Of a DNA stretch of 64,000 nt, positions 1-12,330 are shown in pieces. This DNA is from Podarcis muralis (Eukaryota). How positions within the stretch are numbered: position 1 is the stretch's first letter; every line of letters begins with the position of its first letter. The notes below the pieces were generated by a model. That model was not told where the DNA came from, made no database searches, and saw nothing but the letters and a program-made list of their open reading frames with translations. The stretch spans positions 51,522,001-51,586,000 of the forward strand of contig NC_135659.1 in NCBI RefSeq assembly GCF_964188315.1, given 5' to 3'. Made by a program: the position numbers and the translations under genes.

Positions 1-24
1 AGAATTTTTTTTTTACCTGATTTA

Positions 25-166
25 CTTATTTTCTTAAATTTATATCCCACCTTTCTTCCATCATGGAACCCAAAAAAGGATACATGTGGTTCCCAGGTGA
101 TCTTCTGTCCAGGTGCAAGACACAGACTGACTTAGCTTCATCAAGGTGGTGGCCCCATGTGCCTTC
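25..166 (-). mobile_element. 5S rRNA-derived SINE-like element (SINE3-type), copy 1
   Basis: Minus strand reads GAAGCTAAG...GCACCTGGACAGAAGATCACCTGGGAA versus 5S rRNA GAAGCTAAG...GTACTTGGATGGGAGACCGCCTGGGAA (20/27 identical, all 7 mismatches transitions). It is followed by a LINE-like tail GAAAGGTGGGATATAAAT and an A-rich end. Confidence 0.6.
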
Positions 167-1634
167 AAGTACGGTAATACCTTGGGAACATCCCTTTACT
201 TGTGTGGAGAGAGAGCAATGTATAGAGTGGGACTTAGTGTTCTGTAACTGTGGTATCTTAGGCATACCCGTTAGAAAAGATGGTCCCAGGAATACCTTCA
301 ACCTTAGAATCTGAAACTGGGGTGGCCAACTTCTGGGGGCTGAACCCTCCACAACAAAGTTGTTTGGAGAACCAGCCTTTCCCACTTCTATAACAGAATT
401 GCTAGATTTAGTGTACAGTGGAGGGATGATCCAAGAGCAAAGGAACTTTGATTCCTATTCTAGCTTCCATACAGGCAGAGGTGCCTCTATTCTTCCCTTT
501 CCTGTGAGCCTTGCTATTAACAGGGCTCTTGGAGTAGTGATCACATATGATGGAAGAAGCAGCCAAGCCACTTTTCCCTTTGGAGTTCCCTCTTTCGCAC
601 TCCAGGCCTAGTAGAGCAGTCAAGAACCAGTATGGTAATGGGTTGGAAGAGCCTGACAACAGCAGGTCTATGGCCATCAATTGGCTGTGTCCCTGCCTTA
701 GGCGATGGGCTCTTGTCTGGATTCACTATGATGTATTTGTGCTGGGTCTCATTGGTCTTCCATAGCTTTAGTTTAATTTTAATGTCCTTGACAGCGAGAG
801 AACCGTTATTCTATGAATTCTAACATTTATCTAGCAGTCATGGACAAATGATCACCAAATTGCTTGAGGCACTAGTGATTTCCCGGTTAATTGTTTTTAC
901 GATGGTGGAAGTTTACCTGTTGAATTTGCAGGAAGTTATTCTCTACCTTGGGCTCTTGTATCCAGTACTTAAGGCTGATATTCTGCCTAGCCACCCACAA
1001 TCTGAATATCCTTTATTCTTCCCATAACCCCAAAGATACAGTGCTATCCTTCTCTAAGCTTCTTCCTGAACTACATGGAATGCTTTTTCATGAATAAACA
1101 ATTCTGGGATGTTTTTGGTAAATCTACTTATGTGTGCCCTGATGACACATGCAAATGTGCAGTAGTACTATTAGCAGGCAGTATGCACTGGTCTTTACAA
1201 ACCAGATTCTTGTAAAGAAACGCCACATTGTATGTTAGCATCTGAGCAAGACACCTGTGAGATCGCCCCAGACTCCCTCCTCCTTGGAGTAAATAATGGG
1301 GCTTTTTATTTAGCTATTAATTCCTGGTGGCACATATCTCACTGGCTGTCTGTTTAACTACCTTTATCTCTCCCTCCTCCTCGCTGTGTATGTGATATAG
1401 TTATAGATAAACAGATAGCCCCGTAGTAAATAACAGTTTTTTAAGAGACCTGAGGTATTGGTAACACAGTGACGCAGCTTTTGATTTGTCTTTCCACCGT
1501 GTGTATGTGTGTGTTCCCCCTTCTTCTTAAGGAAATGCTTTTAAATAAGGGATACTTCATCTATTAAAAAAATACACTTGTAGCAGCTGCTAAGCCCATC
1601 CATAAGCCTGCTTTGCGTTGTATTTGTGATGGGA

Positions 1635-1780
1635 CTGACAGCGCATGGAGCAGCCTGATTATACCCAATTCCATTTTAGCAAGCCTGGCAATGTAATTTC
1701 ACAGGGCGATCCGTGTTTGAATGTAATAGCAGCCTGTGCTAAGGTGTCAGAATATTAAAGGCGCTAATGGAAAAGCTCCC
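1635..1780. promoter_or_regulatory. Candidate conserved non-coding element / enhancer
   Basis: Repeat-free block with TGACAG, TGATTA, TAAT cores and retained CpGs; conservation not demonstrable here. Confidence 0.35.
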
Positions 1781-3040
1781 TGATACACAGGGGGGAGAGC
1801 ATTACAGGAGACGTCGCAGATGGCTGGGCACTAAACTAATGGGGCAGGATCCAAGGAGGGTGGCGGAGGCAGGGGGGGAAATGAGAGATGGGAGTGCTTA
1901 CGGGAATGTGGGCACCTGCTTCCCTCTTGCATGGAAATTAGAAAGTGTGTGTGTGTGTACGTATTTGCCTCTGCGTGTGTGATATAAAATAGAACTTGGC
2001 TTGAGAGCTCAGTGTTTTAAATGGTGACCCCCGTCTTAACACAGATTAAGTGAAAATGTGTGCATGCTGAGGGAAGGGAAGTATCAGGTTTAAACTGTGA
2101 AGGGGACAAAGAATATTGTGGCACCTTTAAGGAGTAACAGATTTTGGGGACCAGACTTCCCTTCATGCATGTAATGAAAGAGATCAATCTCCGGCTGACC
2201 AGTTTCCTTCTTGAGAAACAAAACCAGAGGCAGGCCTGGAAAACGTAAGGGAATTACAGTGCTGCTGCTCCACAGTGAGAACATTGTACCTGCCTCACTC
2301 CTCTGCTGCTGCTAAGAGCTAAGCCATGGTTTGGCTTAGCATTGCGCCTGAACCCCAGGTTGTGGTTTGTCTCATTCCAAATGAACTGCGTACCGTAAGC
2401 CAGGAACAAACCTTGGCTACAGCTCATTGTTTATTTGGAGCAAGACATACCATGAACTCAGTCTTGGACATAGCGTTAACCCAAAGTAGTGTGGTGACAT
2501 TTAAGCCATAGTTTGACTAAATACATGCAAAAGTGGCTTAAGAGGCTTGTGACACCTTTAAGACTAATGGATTGTGGTGTAAGCTTTCATGAACTTGAGT
2601 TTATTCTATTTTACAGACTATGACTGCAGCAACAGTGGAATGAAAGCAATTGGCATGGAAGCATTCTTGTTTAGTGACTGTTGACAGCATGGGCTTGGTT
2701 TCTCAGGTCTCTGTCCTTTGTTTCTTTCATGCGTTTTTTATATCAAGCAGCACCCACTAGTATCAAATAATCTTTCTTAGTCTATATTATGAAGTGTGTG
2801 TGCTCGCGCATGTGCCATTGTGCCCCCTCACCTCTCTGTTAATTATAATTTGTGCTCAATGTTAGGAATTAAGTTTAGTTTATAATCCTGGACATACTAC
2901 AGATTCCAGGTTCCTGGATTTTTCTACTAACTATAAAACTTTATAACACAAACATATTGAATATTAAATATGTGTGCATATGTAAATGAGGTACAACTTG
3001 CTGTACTTAGGGCTAGCCAGGGTATTCCCCCCCCTCACAA

Positions 3041-3157
3041 TTATAACCTGCCTATTTTTCATCAAGAAACTCAAGGAAACTAACATGGTTTCCAAATGGT
3101 CAGCTATGTAGGCAAGGTTTCCTTAGCTTCACCACATTGGTGGCCTTATGTGCCTTC
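3041..3157 (-). mobile_element. Second, more decayed copy of the same 5S-derived SINE-like family
   Basis: Shares GAAGGCACAT..GGCCACCA....GAAGCTAAG and the tail (TTGATGAAAAATAGGCAGGTTATAA versus ATGATGGAAGAAAGGTGGGATATAA) with 25-166. Confidence 0.5.
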
Positions 3158-4088
3158 TGACCATCCCTTGGGGTGCACAACAGTAGCTGAGGCATGGATG
3201 CTGAAGTACCAAAATCAAACGCTAGCACATAATATTGCAGTCTTAACAACACAAACATTGGATTCTTCTTTTGAACCAAGGTGAATTGCAGCCAGAATGA
3301 GATGCTGTTTTAGGTGATACGTCTACTGATATTCATATGCCTTGCTAAATCATAGTGAAAACTTTGGTGTTGAATTGATGGCCCTGCACTACTGGTGATA
3401 TTTCAGTGGCATTCGGTCCTGTGGCAGAGTACATGCTCAGTTTAAAACAATTCTACACTTTACACAGAATGAGGTAGTAGAGTCTGGAATGCCACCAGGC
3501 TACAGATAGGAGAACATTTTTTAATGCTTTCCCATGTAAAAACCTCCCTGCATGTAGTAACCTAGCGCATCAGGATTTGGGCCATACTGAACCTTCCTCC
3601 CTAAAGTTCCAGTTTTTTAGCTAATGTACACTCTGAAAGTGCACACTTGCCATCTATTCAGTGCCGTGTTAAAGAAGATGATGATGTGAAAAGAGAATTT
3701 GACATGTATGTCTCCAAACATATACCCACAGAAGCACATTAGCCAGAAGGTATCCTACCCAGGCCGAGAAAACTGACACCAATTTTTCTTTTTCAGATTA
3801 CAGTTTTTCCCCATAATTTGAAATTCTTTGGCAACTAGAGATCTTGTGCAGGGGAGGTGGAGGGTATAAAAGAAAATAGAAGAAAATGCATGTAGCCACA
3901 TGGATTAATAGGGAGGGACAGGCAAGTGTGCCCAGATTCTGTTGTGCTTTAAGAACTCTTAACAAAAAGTGGTGATGTGTAATAACATGTTTCTCTGCTG
4001 TTATAAATGATTTTAAATTTGTGTTTACAATGATTATGATGATGAAGAAGAAAGCAGGTGTTGTTCTGATGTAGACAAAAGCACAATA

Positions 4089-4315
4089 CAGTGGTACCTC
4101 GGGTTAAGAACTTAATTTGTTCTGGAGGTCTGTTCTTAACCTGAAACTGTTCTTAACCTGAGGTACCACTTTAGCTAATGGGGCCTTCCGCTGCCGCTGC
4201 GCCGCCGCCACACAATTTCTGTTCTCATCCTGAAGCAAAGTTCTTAACTCGAGGTACTATTTCTGGGTTAGTGGAGTCTGTAACCTGAAGCGTCTGTAAC
4301 CCCGAGGTACCACTG
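4089..4315. mobile_element. Tc1/mariner non-autonomous MITE
   Basis: TIRs CAGTGGTACCTCGGG at both ends; TA at 4087-4088 and 4316-4317; near-identical to 37977-38218. Confidence 0.92.
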
Positions 4316-5262
4316 TATTTTGTTGCAGAAAGCTAGATTCTGCAAATAACAATTAAATTGCAATGTAACCAGTGTTCTAGATCGCTAACCAGACTCACAT
4401 ATTTTGTAGTGCCCTGAACCAGTTCTTAGACTCAGTGCATTAGTCCAGATTGTCGGCTAACTCTTAATAAGGAATGATTCAAATTCAATGAACTGTTGAG
4501 AACCCATAGACCTAGAGAGAATTCTCTTTGGAGTGTGTTTTGATCCGATGTATCGTCATGGTAGTGCCTAAATTACTTGACAGGGTGTCCCTTTTTAAGC
4601 AGCCCATCTTGTGAATAGAATTTGTAGCTCAGGCTAATGCACTTTTAGAATATTCCATGGAGCCTATTTACACCCTCAGGCCGACAGGGTTCTTAATATT
4701 TTAATGTAGCACTTTAATTGTAGGCTGTTAAAAGTATATGCTGTTCTGAGATACTGCAATTGTTTACTTTAATAGCACATATGGTAATTGAATTAATGAC
4801 ATATACATTAAAATTGGCATTTTCCAGGTAGGCACTTTTTATTTTTATTTTTAAAACAGATAAAAGACAATGCTGAACATTATTTTGGTTAAAATCCCAA
4901 ACAACATATTGTTGTTGTTCTTTTTCAAAAATGGGTAAGTCTTAGCCCTGGAGTCAATCCCCTACCTCCCACTATGTAGAAAAGTTTTAAAACATGCCTC
5001 CAGAGCTCAGGAGAGAGATAAAGACTTTTTAAGCATTTTAGAATCTTAATTAATCCATTAGCCTCTTTATGCATGGTTAGTGGGTTGAAGGGATGACTCA
5101 TAATTTTTAAGTACTTGATACTAGGAATGCTACAGGGGGATATTGAGGGGTGACCAAGTCAACCTGTGGTGAGTTGTCGTTTTCTATATAATACCTTTTC
5201 CCAGCCTTTCATATGAAATAGATGCTGCCGATGATTCCAGTTCTTTCTGGTGTGGCTGTATT

Positions 5263-5547
5263 CAGTGGCAGAGGAACCCTCTCTGGCACCCTGGGCGGGA
5301 CGGCGAGGGGCAGGGCAAACTGCCCAGTGGCACACGTGCGACATCCGTACGGAGTGCGCATGTGCGGCATCCCGTATGGAGTGTGCATGCGCAGCAGTCT
5401 GTACAGGCACTGTGCGAGCGGTGCCCATACTGACTGCATGTGCCCTCAGCCGCTCTATAGCTGGGGGGAGGCAGGGGCCATCTTGTTCCCCCCAGAGTGG
5501 CACCCGGTGCGGACCGCCCCCTCCACCCACCACTTCATACGCCCCTG
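5263..5547. mobile_element. hAT-type MITE with perfect 8-bp TSD
   Basis: GCTGTATT at 5255-5262 and 5548-5555; imperfect TIRs CAGTGGCAGA / CAGGGGCGTA; GC/CpG-rich interior explains the overlapping ORFs at 5159-5585. Confidence 0.88.
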
Positions 5548-6503
5548 GCTGTATTAGTCTAACAGGTTGGGTCAATATGTTTTAGAGACTTTTTTTCTGA
5601 CCCCAATACTCTGGGACAGGTATGCCCAGTGACAGAGGATGCTGAATCCACCAGTGCAGCAAGACATGTAAATTCAGGGTGCATGGGGTGGTTCTCCATC
5701 TCTTTCTACACCTTTTGTCCCACCTCACCCCAGTGTCCCTCTTTTTTAAGCAGGGTTATGCTGTGGAGGTAACACTCTGAGATCTCTGCCTTCCAGCTGT
5801 AAAACTGCAGGTTATATGATTGGAAGAGGAACAATGACAGTCTCACATACAGCTGCAGATCACAGGTTACATAGACTTGTGCTGTGGAAGCTGGCCGTGG
5901 GAAGTTCTTTGTCTTTCTCTTGGCTCTTTGAGCCTAGAAGGTAGAAGGAGATAGGCATGTTTGTATCTATTAATTTATTTTAAATCATTAATATACTGCT
6001 TAATATTTTTTAAAATCTCTAAAGTCTGAATGGTGCATTGCCATCGTGCAGCCCCATGCTCTTTAGTGGCTATATATGTGGTTCCATTCATGCATCTTTG
6101 GGAAGTCACCTGTTCATGTTGAGGCCTCCCCCCCCATCAGAGCAACCAAGTGGTTCTACCCCTCCCCCAATAATCACCATCAGTTTATTTATATACCATG
6201 TTTTTGCAGATGTTTCTGCTGAAAGTGGTTCACTGAAAATAGACAGTCTAAATACAGTAGTACAATAACCATAATACATATTTAAAGATATAGCACTATA
6301 TCCTAACACTAACAATTCAACAATTAACACTTAATTTAAAAGATATCAAAATAAAATTAAGAGAACATAATATTTACCAATAAGAATGGGTAATTTTGGC
6401 ATGGCATGGCATGGCATGCCAAGTGGAAACAGCCATCCTCTGATGGGAAACACAGTCTCTCTCTTTTATCAGAGTTCACCTGACAACAAAATTAATTCAA
6501 TTA

Positions 6504-6668
6504 CCGTATTTTTCTGTGTATAAGACTAGGTTTCCCCCCTGAAAAATAATGTCAAAAAATTGGGGGCGTCTTATACATGGATACATCTCCCCCCATTTTC
6601 TTAAACCGGAGTCCCCAAAATAGTGGGCATCTTATACATGGCGGCGTCTTATAGACAGGAAAATACGG
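6504..6668. mobile_element. Tc2/Kanga-like (Tc1/mariner superfamily) MITE
   Basis: TIRs CCGTATTTTTCTGTGTATAAGAC and, on the reverse strand, CCGTATTTTTCCTGTCTATAAGAC; left flank TA; internal repeats of GTCTTATACATGG. Confidence 0.82.
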
Positions 6669-8949
6669 CAATTAACACAGTACAAGTGGGAGGGTGGATT
6701 AACCCCTTCTCCCCCATGCTGCTTTCTGGATATAAATTCTCCCAATTGATATATGTGCCCTGTGGAGGAATTGGTACAGGCTCCTATGTGTTTCCACTTG
6801 GGCAAATGGCAGCTTCAGGGGGATTTAGAATGGTGTGAGAGAAATTTAACATTCCCTCAAGGGCTGTGGCCCCAATCCCCTCCCCATGGATGCTTTTTAG
6901 GCTTACAAAACAAAGCATGGGAGGGTACAGTCATGGAACTCCCACCATCTTGTTTAGTTTTGCCGTAGAAGAAAAGGCTCTGATATCTATTGACAGCTGG
7001 TATCTTTCCCCACCTGAGGAAGACCCAGCCATCATTTTGTCTCTTTACAGCAGCTGCTTTAGGGATTCTAGCTGGCCTGTGTTCTTGTTTCTGACCACCT
7101 CCACCTCCTCTGTCTGTTCCCCAGAACCTTCCCCTTCTGCTGGGTCATGCTCTGAATCTGGCAGGTCATATTCTGCTCAAATCCTGTCCCTTGAATCAGC
7201 AGGCATTTCCACCCAAAGGTATTCCTGCTGTTCTGTGTCTGTACCACGCTGAGTGTTTTGCATGCGTGCCCCACGCCTGCTTAGCATGAAGTGCACATTG
7301 GAAGGAAAGTAATTAAACATTAACTGTTTTAATAGTGTTTTGCTGTGGGTTTCTGTGTGTGTTTGGGGAGTTTCTGGGATGTTTCCAGGTACTTTCTTAC
7401 CTAGGCATTTGAAAATAGCAGAGTGCCGCTTATTAGCAGCTGAGCGGAGGGATGTGGTGCACACTCATGTGCTCAGGAAGGCAAGGGGTGGATGGAGCTG
7501 GTGTCAGGGCAGCAATTGCTTATCATGCCTTATCTTGGAATATGAAACTGTATTGCATGACATCCAGAGGCAGGCTGAATAGATATGCCAATTCATCTCC
7601 AGCCTGGGCTTTGACAAGCTAGACTGCCCTTGTTGAAAGGCATCCGTCAAACGAGAGCTGCTGGCTGCTTTTTCCCTTTCTTAGACTTTCTCTCGCTCTC
7701 CTGCTCCAGCTCTTTTCCCCACCCCCCTTTTCCCCTCCCTTCCCAGCTTCCTCTTAAGCTTTTTCCACACAAAATTGAAAAGCTTTTGGAAATCAGAATA
7801 ATACAGCTCCCCACAACTAATACCATTTTAAGTACCCCTCCCTCCCCCAAATAGAATTGATAAGGAGCCTAGTGTATGAAGGCATGTTTAGATAACATTG
7901 AGAATATTATAGTGAGTGAAGGGAAGAAGGGTCCCCCCCTTTTTTTCCCTCCCCCTCCTACGCCGTGTCTCTAAGCCGGGGAAGGCGACAGCACCCTGGC
8001 TAATACGAGTGTTTAATATTTGATGTGTTGGGATAAAGCAGGATCACCTTCGAATTGAATTGAGTGTCAGAATGAGAATCTATTACTGAAATTTTTGTGT
8101 GATTTGACAGCAAAGCAGACGATGTTATTCTTCACTAGTTACTGCAATCTTCTCTCCTACATCACTTAAATATTTTTTTCTTTGCTTGAGTAAACACACA
8201 TTATCCTTTTTTTTATCCCTCTCTTCCTTTTTTCTGATCCTTTTTTTAAAATCAAACCTGCCTTCCTGGGTCTGATGGAGTTTATTGTTATTTCTTTATT
8301 TGTCCTATTAAATGGAATTTCTGATAGTTTAATCCTGCTTTTGTAAGTGATTTGAAAATACTCGAATAGTTGTGAATGTAGCAGCACCTCTGTTTAAAGT
8401 GCTTAAAAAGGAACATACTTGGTGTATGTAGAGCTGGGCATGGAAGGCTGTACATGCCTTTCTGACTGAGATGGGTAGGCTGTGTGAGAAATCTTGTTTA
8501 TGTACAAAGTTTGCTAGCATCCTAGAGAGTGGGCAGAGAGGGCATTGTAGAATTTTCTTTTCAGCTGGCTTTGTTGCAAGGCTTATATTATACAGCCCCA
8601 GAGTTACCTGAACATGGGAATCTTGATGATTGGAATTGTTACTTGGATGTACTTAGTGCCTTCTTAGCTACATTATTTATTGGAGAATGGGTTGATGAGC
8701 CCCATACACCAAACCTCTGAGCTGCTGATTCTTTTTAAGACATTTCTTTGTTTGCAACCAGATTTTTCAGTTTGTGCAGTAGGGAATGTTTCTCACAAGA
8801 GCAGAACCTTAAGGGTCCTAACCTGGGATCACTCTCTTTGAAAGATGTGAGAAATTTAGAATAAAGGGCATTAAATGAAGTACCGGTAATTACCGTTTAA
8901 GTGAAAATGTACACATATCTTTGAAGTGTTCTAGCTGCTTGATTTCTTG

Positions 8950-9110
8950 TGTACGCTGTTCTCTTCCATTCAGAATGTTTTACTTGTTTTATATTTGTAA
9001 TAGTTCGATCTGTTTTTATAAATGTTTACTGTATTATGTTGTTGTATCATTTCCTAAGACCTTATGTTGAAAGGCAGGTAAGAAATCTTATAAATAAATA
9101 TACATACACA
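8950..9110 (+). mobile_element. LINE (L2-like) 3' tail remnant
   Basis: T-rich run followed by GAAAGGCAGGTAAGAAATCTTATAAATAAATA, typical of squamate L2-type 3' ends. Confidence 0.45.
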
Positions 9111-9734
9111 TGTCAAAATAAAAGACCTGTGCCATTGTGTTGATGATACTACTTAAATGGTTGTTTTTGAGGCATTAAGCAAAGATGATTAGTTGTAAGA
9201 AAAATCTACAGACCTTTCCACAATCATTTGCATGATCTAAATGCTCATGCCATATCCTTTGTCTTTGTAATGAAGCTCCCACTTCATAACACTAAGTCAT
9301 ATGGTTGTAGGTTTGAACAAGTGCCTGATGGCCAGCCTGGCCCATCCTCATCCATTGAGGTGTGACCTAATATATCCCTAACACAGTGCTAGCCATACAT
9401 TTTCAGATTTAAGACTACAGCAAAGTGAACTTCTTCCATGTTTTTTCCCATTGTACTATGTTCAGCTGTTCTTCTCAATTATCACACTTGCATACAGTTT
9501 CTAGTTCAGAGCAAGGTCTTGGAGACTATGCTCAAAGTCCCTTGTATGTGTCTGCAGTTCCCAAGAAAAATTTACCACCTAAACAGTAGCAGATGGCATG
9601 ATAGGGTCATGGTGCTTCCCTAACCTCCCAACAGCTGAGTTGCTGCGTTTATTGGGAGGATAGAGTGAGGTTGGTGTGATGCAAATGCACCAAGGAGCCA
9701 ACACAGCACTCCTGCTGGTGTTTGCACCACGTGT

Positions 9735-9850
9735 CTTAGTCATGCTGGCCACATGACCCGGAAGCTGTCTGCGGACAAACGCCAGCTCCCTCGGCCTATA
9801 GAGCGAGATGAGCGCCACAACCCCAGAGTCGTCCACGACTGGACCTAACC
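9735..9850 (+). mobile_element. Sauria SINE 3' fragment
   Basis: TTAGTCATGCTGGCCACATGACCCGGAAGCTGTCTGCGGACAAACGCCAGCTCCCTCGGCC...GAGATGAGCGCCACAACCCCAGAGTCG matches the Sauria SINE body and the reverse complement of 34716-35094. Confidence 0.85.
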
Positions 9851-11879
9851 TTCTAACTACCTTGCCTCTCCTCTCTCTTCCTAGTAAGCAGCAGCAACCC
9901 AGCTGTTGGGTGGTCAGGTGAGTGCCATTGTCCCACCATGCAGTCTGCTACTGCACCTGAAGTGTCCTTGGAACCAGTTTGCTTCTCTTTGCAGGTCCTG
10001 TTGTTTGCCATGTGGCCTCTTCTCAACTGGAAGTTCTAAGCTTCTTTAGAAGACTGCATAGATACATTTTGTTTATGACTGATTTGAAGGAATTTTCTTC
10101 CAAAACATATTGGCTAGCAATTTCCCAAGAAAGTGGAAGTTGCCTTCCTCTGTTTCAATTATGGGCTATTAATTTCCTGCAGCTGTTTGCTTTACATGCA
10201 CTTTTAATTAGCCAACTCTTTGATTGTGTCATGCTGTGCTCTAAGTATCGTGTGTGATGATGGTTGGGAGAGTGCTTGCCCTACTTTGCAATAGGACAGA
10301 GGACATGCTGCTTTTGGGTACCTTTCATTGAACTGAGTGTTGAATAAATTCAACAATGCACTTCATTATAGAAGGCAAAGGGAGAGAAAATGTGGATCGA
10401 CCCCCTGTCCAGATTAGAAATGTGATGGAGATGATAGGGAGCTGTAGTACTAGGAGGCAAAGTTGTGGGGGAGGGCTAGACAACTAAATGGTGATGAGAA
10501 TTTGATGTTGTTTGCATCTTGAGCTCTTTTATTTTGAATAAATCAGTCTGGCTCCTGGTTGTTTTTTCTTGCTGTCACATGGATTAGAATTACCACGTCA
10601 CATGCTAAGCTGTTTTTGGAAGAGTGGTGAAAAGGCTATGATTTCCATGAGTCAAGACACCTAGTCTGTCTTGCACCCATTTTTTTTCCAGTTTACCACA
10701 GAAAATTAGATTTGAGCTCTCACTCCCACTCTGCTGGATTGGGTCCAAATTGTTCAAATATTGTAAATAGCATGAACAGTAGACTATATCCTTAACAGGT
10801 CACTTGTAAAGAAAATTGGAAGCATACCTGAAATGTGCAGATATGTCTTTTGTAAATAGTCTTGTCAACATCATACAAGATTTGGGGAGAATGCAGATAA
10901 CATGCACTCACTGTTGTGGGTGTGAATAAAGGGTTTCCATTGAAAATGAAATGCCTGTTCCTTAGGCAAGTCAAAAGGCACACTGGACATAAGATTCAGT
11001 TTGAAATGTATTTGCAGCTGGGCTGTCTTATGAAGGGCTGGGTGCCAAACCCAGATACTCATTTTGTAGAGTGCCGAATCCTTCCTGTGCCTCAATTTTT
11101 CTCTGTGTCTGCCCCTATGATGGGGCTTTCACTAATAGGAAGGCTTGGTTTGCATTTGGTGGGGTTATGCTGCCTCCCAGAGCTGTTGAGAAAATATTGG
11201 ACAATGCCTAATATTTGTGCAGAGGAACTTTCCTGATGGCATGTGCACGGACATATTAACTAACATCTCCATTTCTGGACAGTGGGCACACTTTGGAAGA
11301 AGGAATGAAAGAACTGTAGCATGCAAATGTACAATAGTCACAAGTGTCCTTTGGAGAGAGTATTGTACCCAGGAAAATATCCCCTTAGCTAACCTGGAGA
11401 TTCTGCTACATCCTAATAGGATTGTACAATGGATAAATGAGTTCATAAAATAAAGAGGTCCTGTTAAAATCTAATATTAATGGAGGTGTTTACATGACAA
11501 TAAAAATAGAATCAAGAGAGACCCGTGTTGTGCTTGCACTTCTCCACTCCCATGTGCAAGTGGAGGCCATACCAGACTATTTCCCCTTTTATGTTTTTAA
11601 GCCTTTCCTGTGGGCTGGTAGCATTAATTTAAATAGGGCTCCAGGAAATATATAGAAATCTAGTATATTTTGAAATTTGCAGTAAAATCATGAGATCTAT
11701 TTCTCTAAAGCTGAAATTCCTTTCATTATTAATGGCTGTGGGTGAAACTAAGCAAACTACAGATACTGGGGTGTGCCTGTTCCTTTCTGTGCCTCCCTGC
11801 CCCAGTCCTTTTCTGAAGCCTGGATGATGAATAGTTAGTTGGGTTATTTGACTCTGTCTCTCCTCCACTCACAGTACAT

Positions 11880-12330
11880 GGGATTTCCTGTTACGGGATG
11901 TGTACCCGGAGAGAGCGCTTTCTTTTTACATCTCCCCCTTTCATCCGTCTTGCCCCTTAGATGGTCTGGGAAGCCCCAGTGGCAGCCGCTGTGAAGCCCT
12001 TTCCATCCTGCTTTAATAGAGGCTTTAACAGTCAGAAGAAGAACTTTCCTGTTTAAAGATTAAACGTTGTGTTTAAATATTAAACAGCCATGCTCCTGTC
12101 TCCTGATTGCTTGGCCGCTGCCAGCAGGCGGCTCAGAATTGCCCATTTTAATTAAAAACTTTATTTTCAAATACAATTCACTGGTCACACATCTCCGCGC
12201 GCAGCTCCTGCCTCCCCTCCCTGTTTTCTACTCGGCGCAGACTGGGGCAGCATCCCCTTCTCAAGTGGCATGTTTTGCTTTCTGTCTCTCATTCTTAGCT
12301 CCTTCGTTTCCGTCTGCCTGTACCAAAGTG
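11880..12330. promoter_or_regulatory. Candidate CNE/enhancer
   Basis: CpG-retaining (CCGCGCGC, CTCGGCGC) with TTAATTAA and other TAAT-rich motifs; non-repetitive. Confidence 0.35.

Noticed and set aside
5159-5585. Four overlapping GC-rich ORFs (76-138 aa)
   Set aside because: Largely coincide with the hAT MITE bounded by a perfect 8-bp TSD; no splice signals or recognisable domain.
6396-6422. (TGGCA)4 with palindromic ends as an NFI site
   Set aside because: Spacing does not fit TTGGC-N5-GCCAA; simple pentamer repeat.
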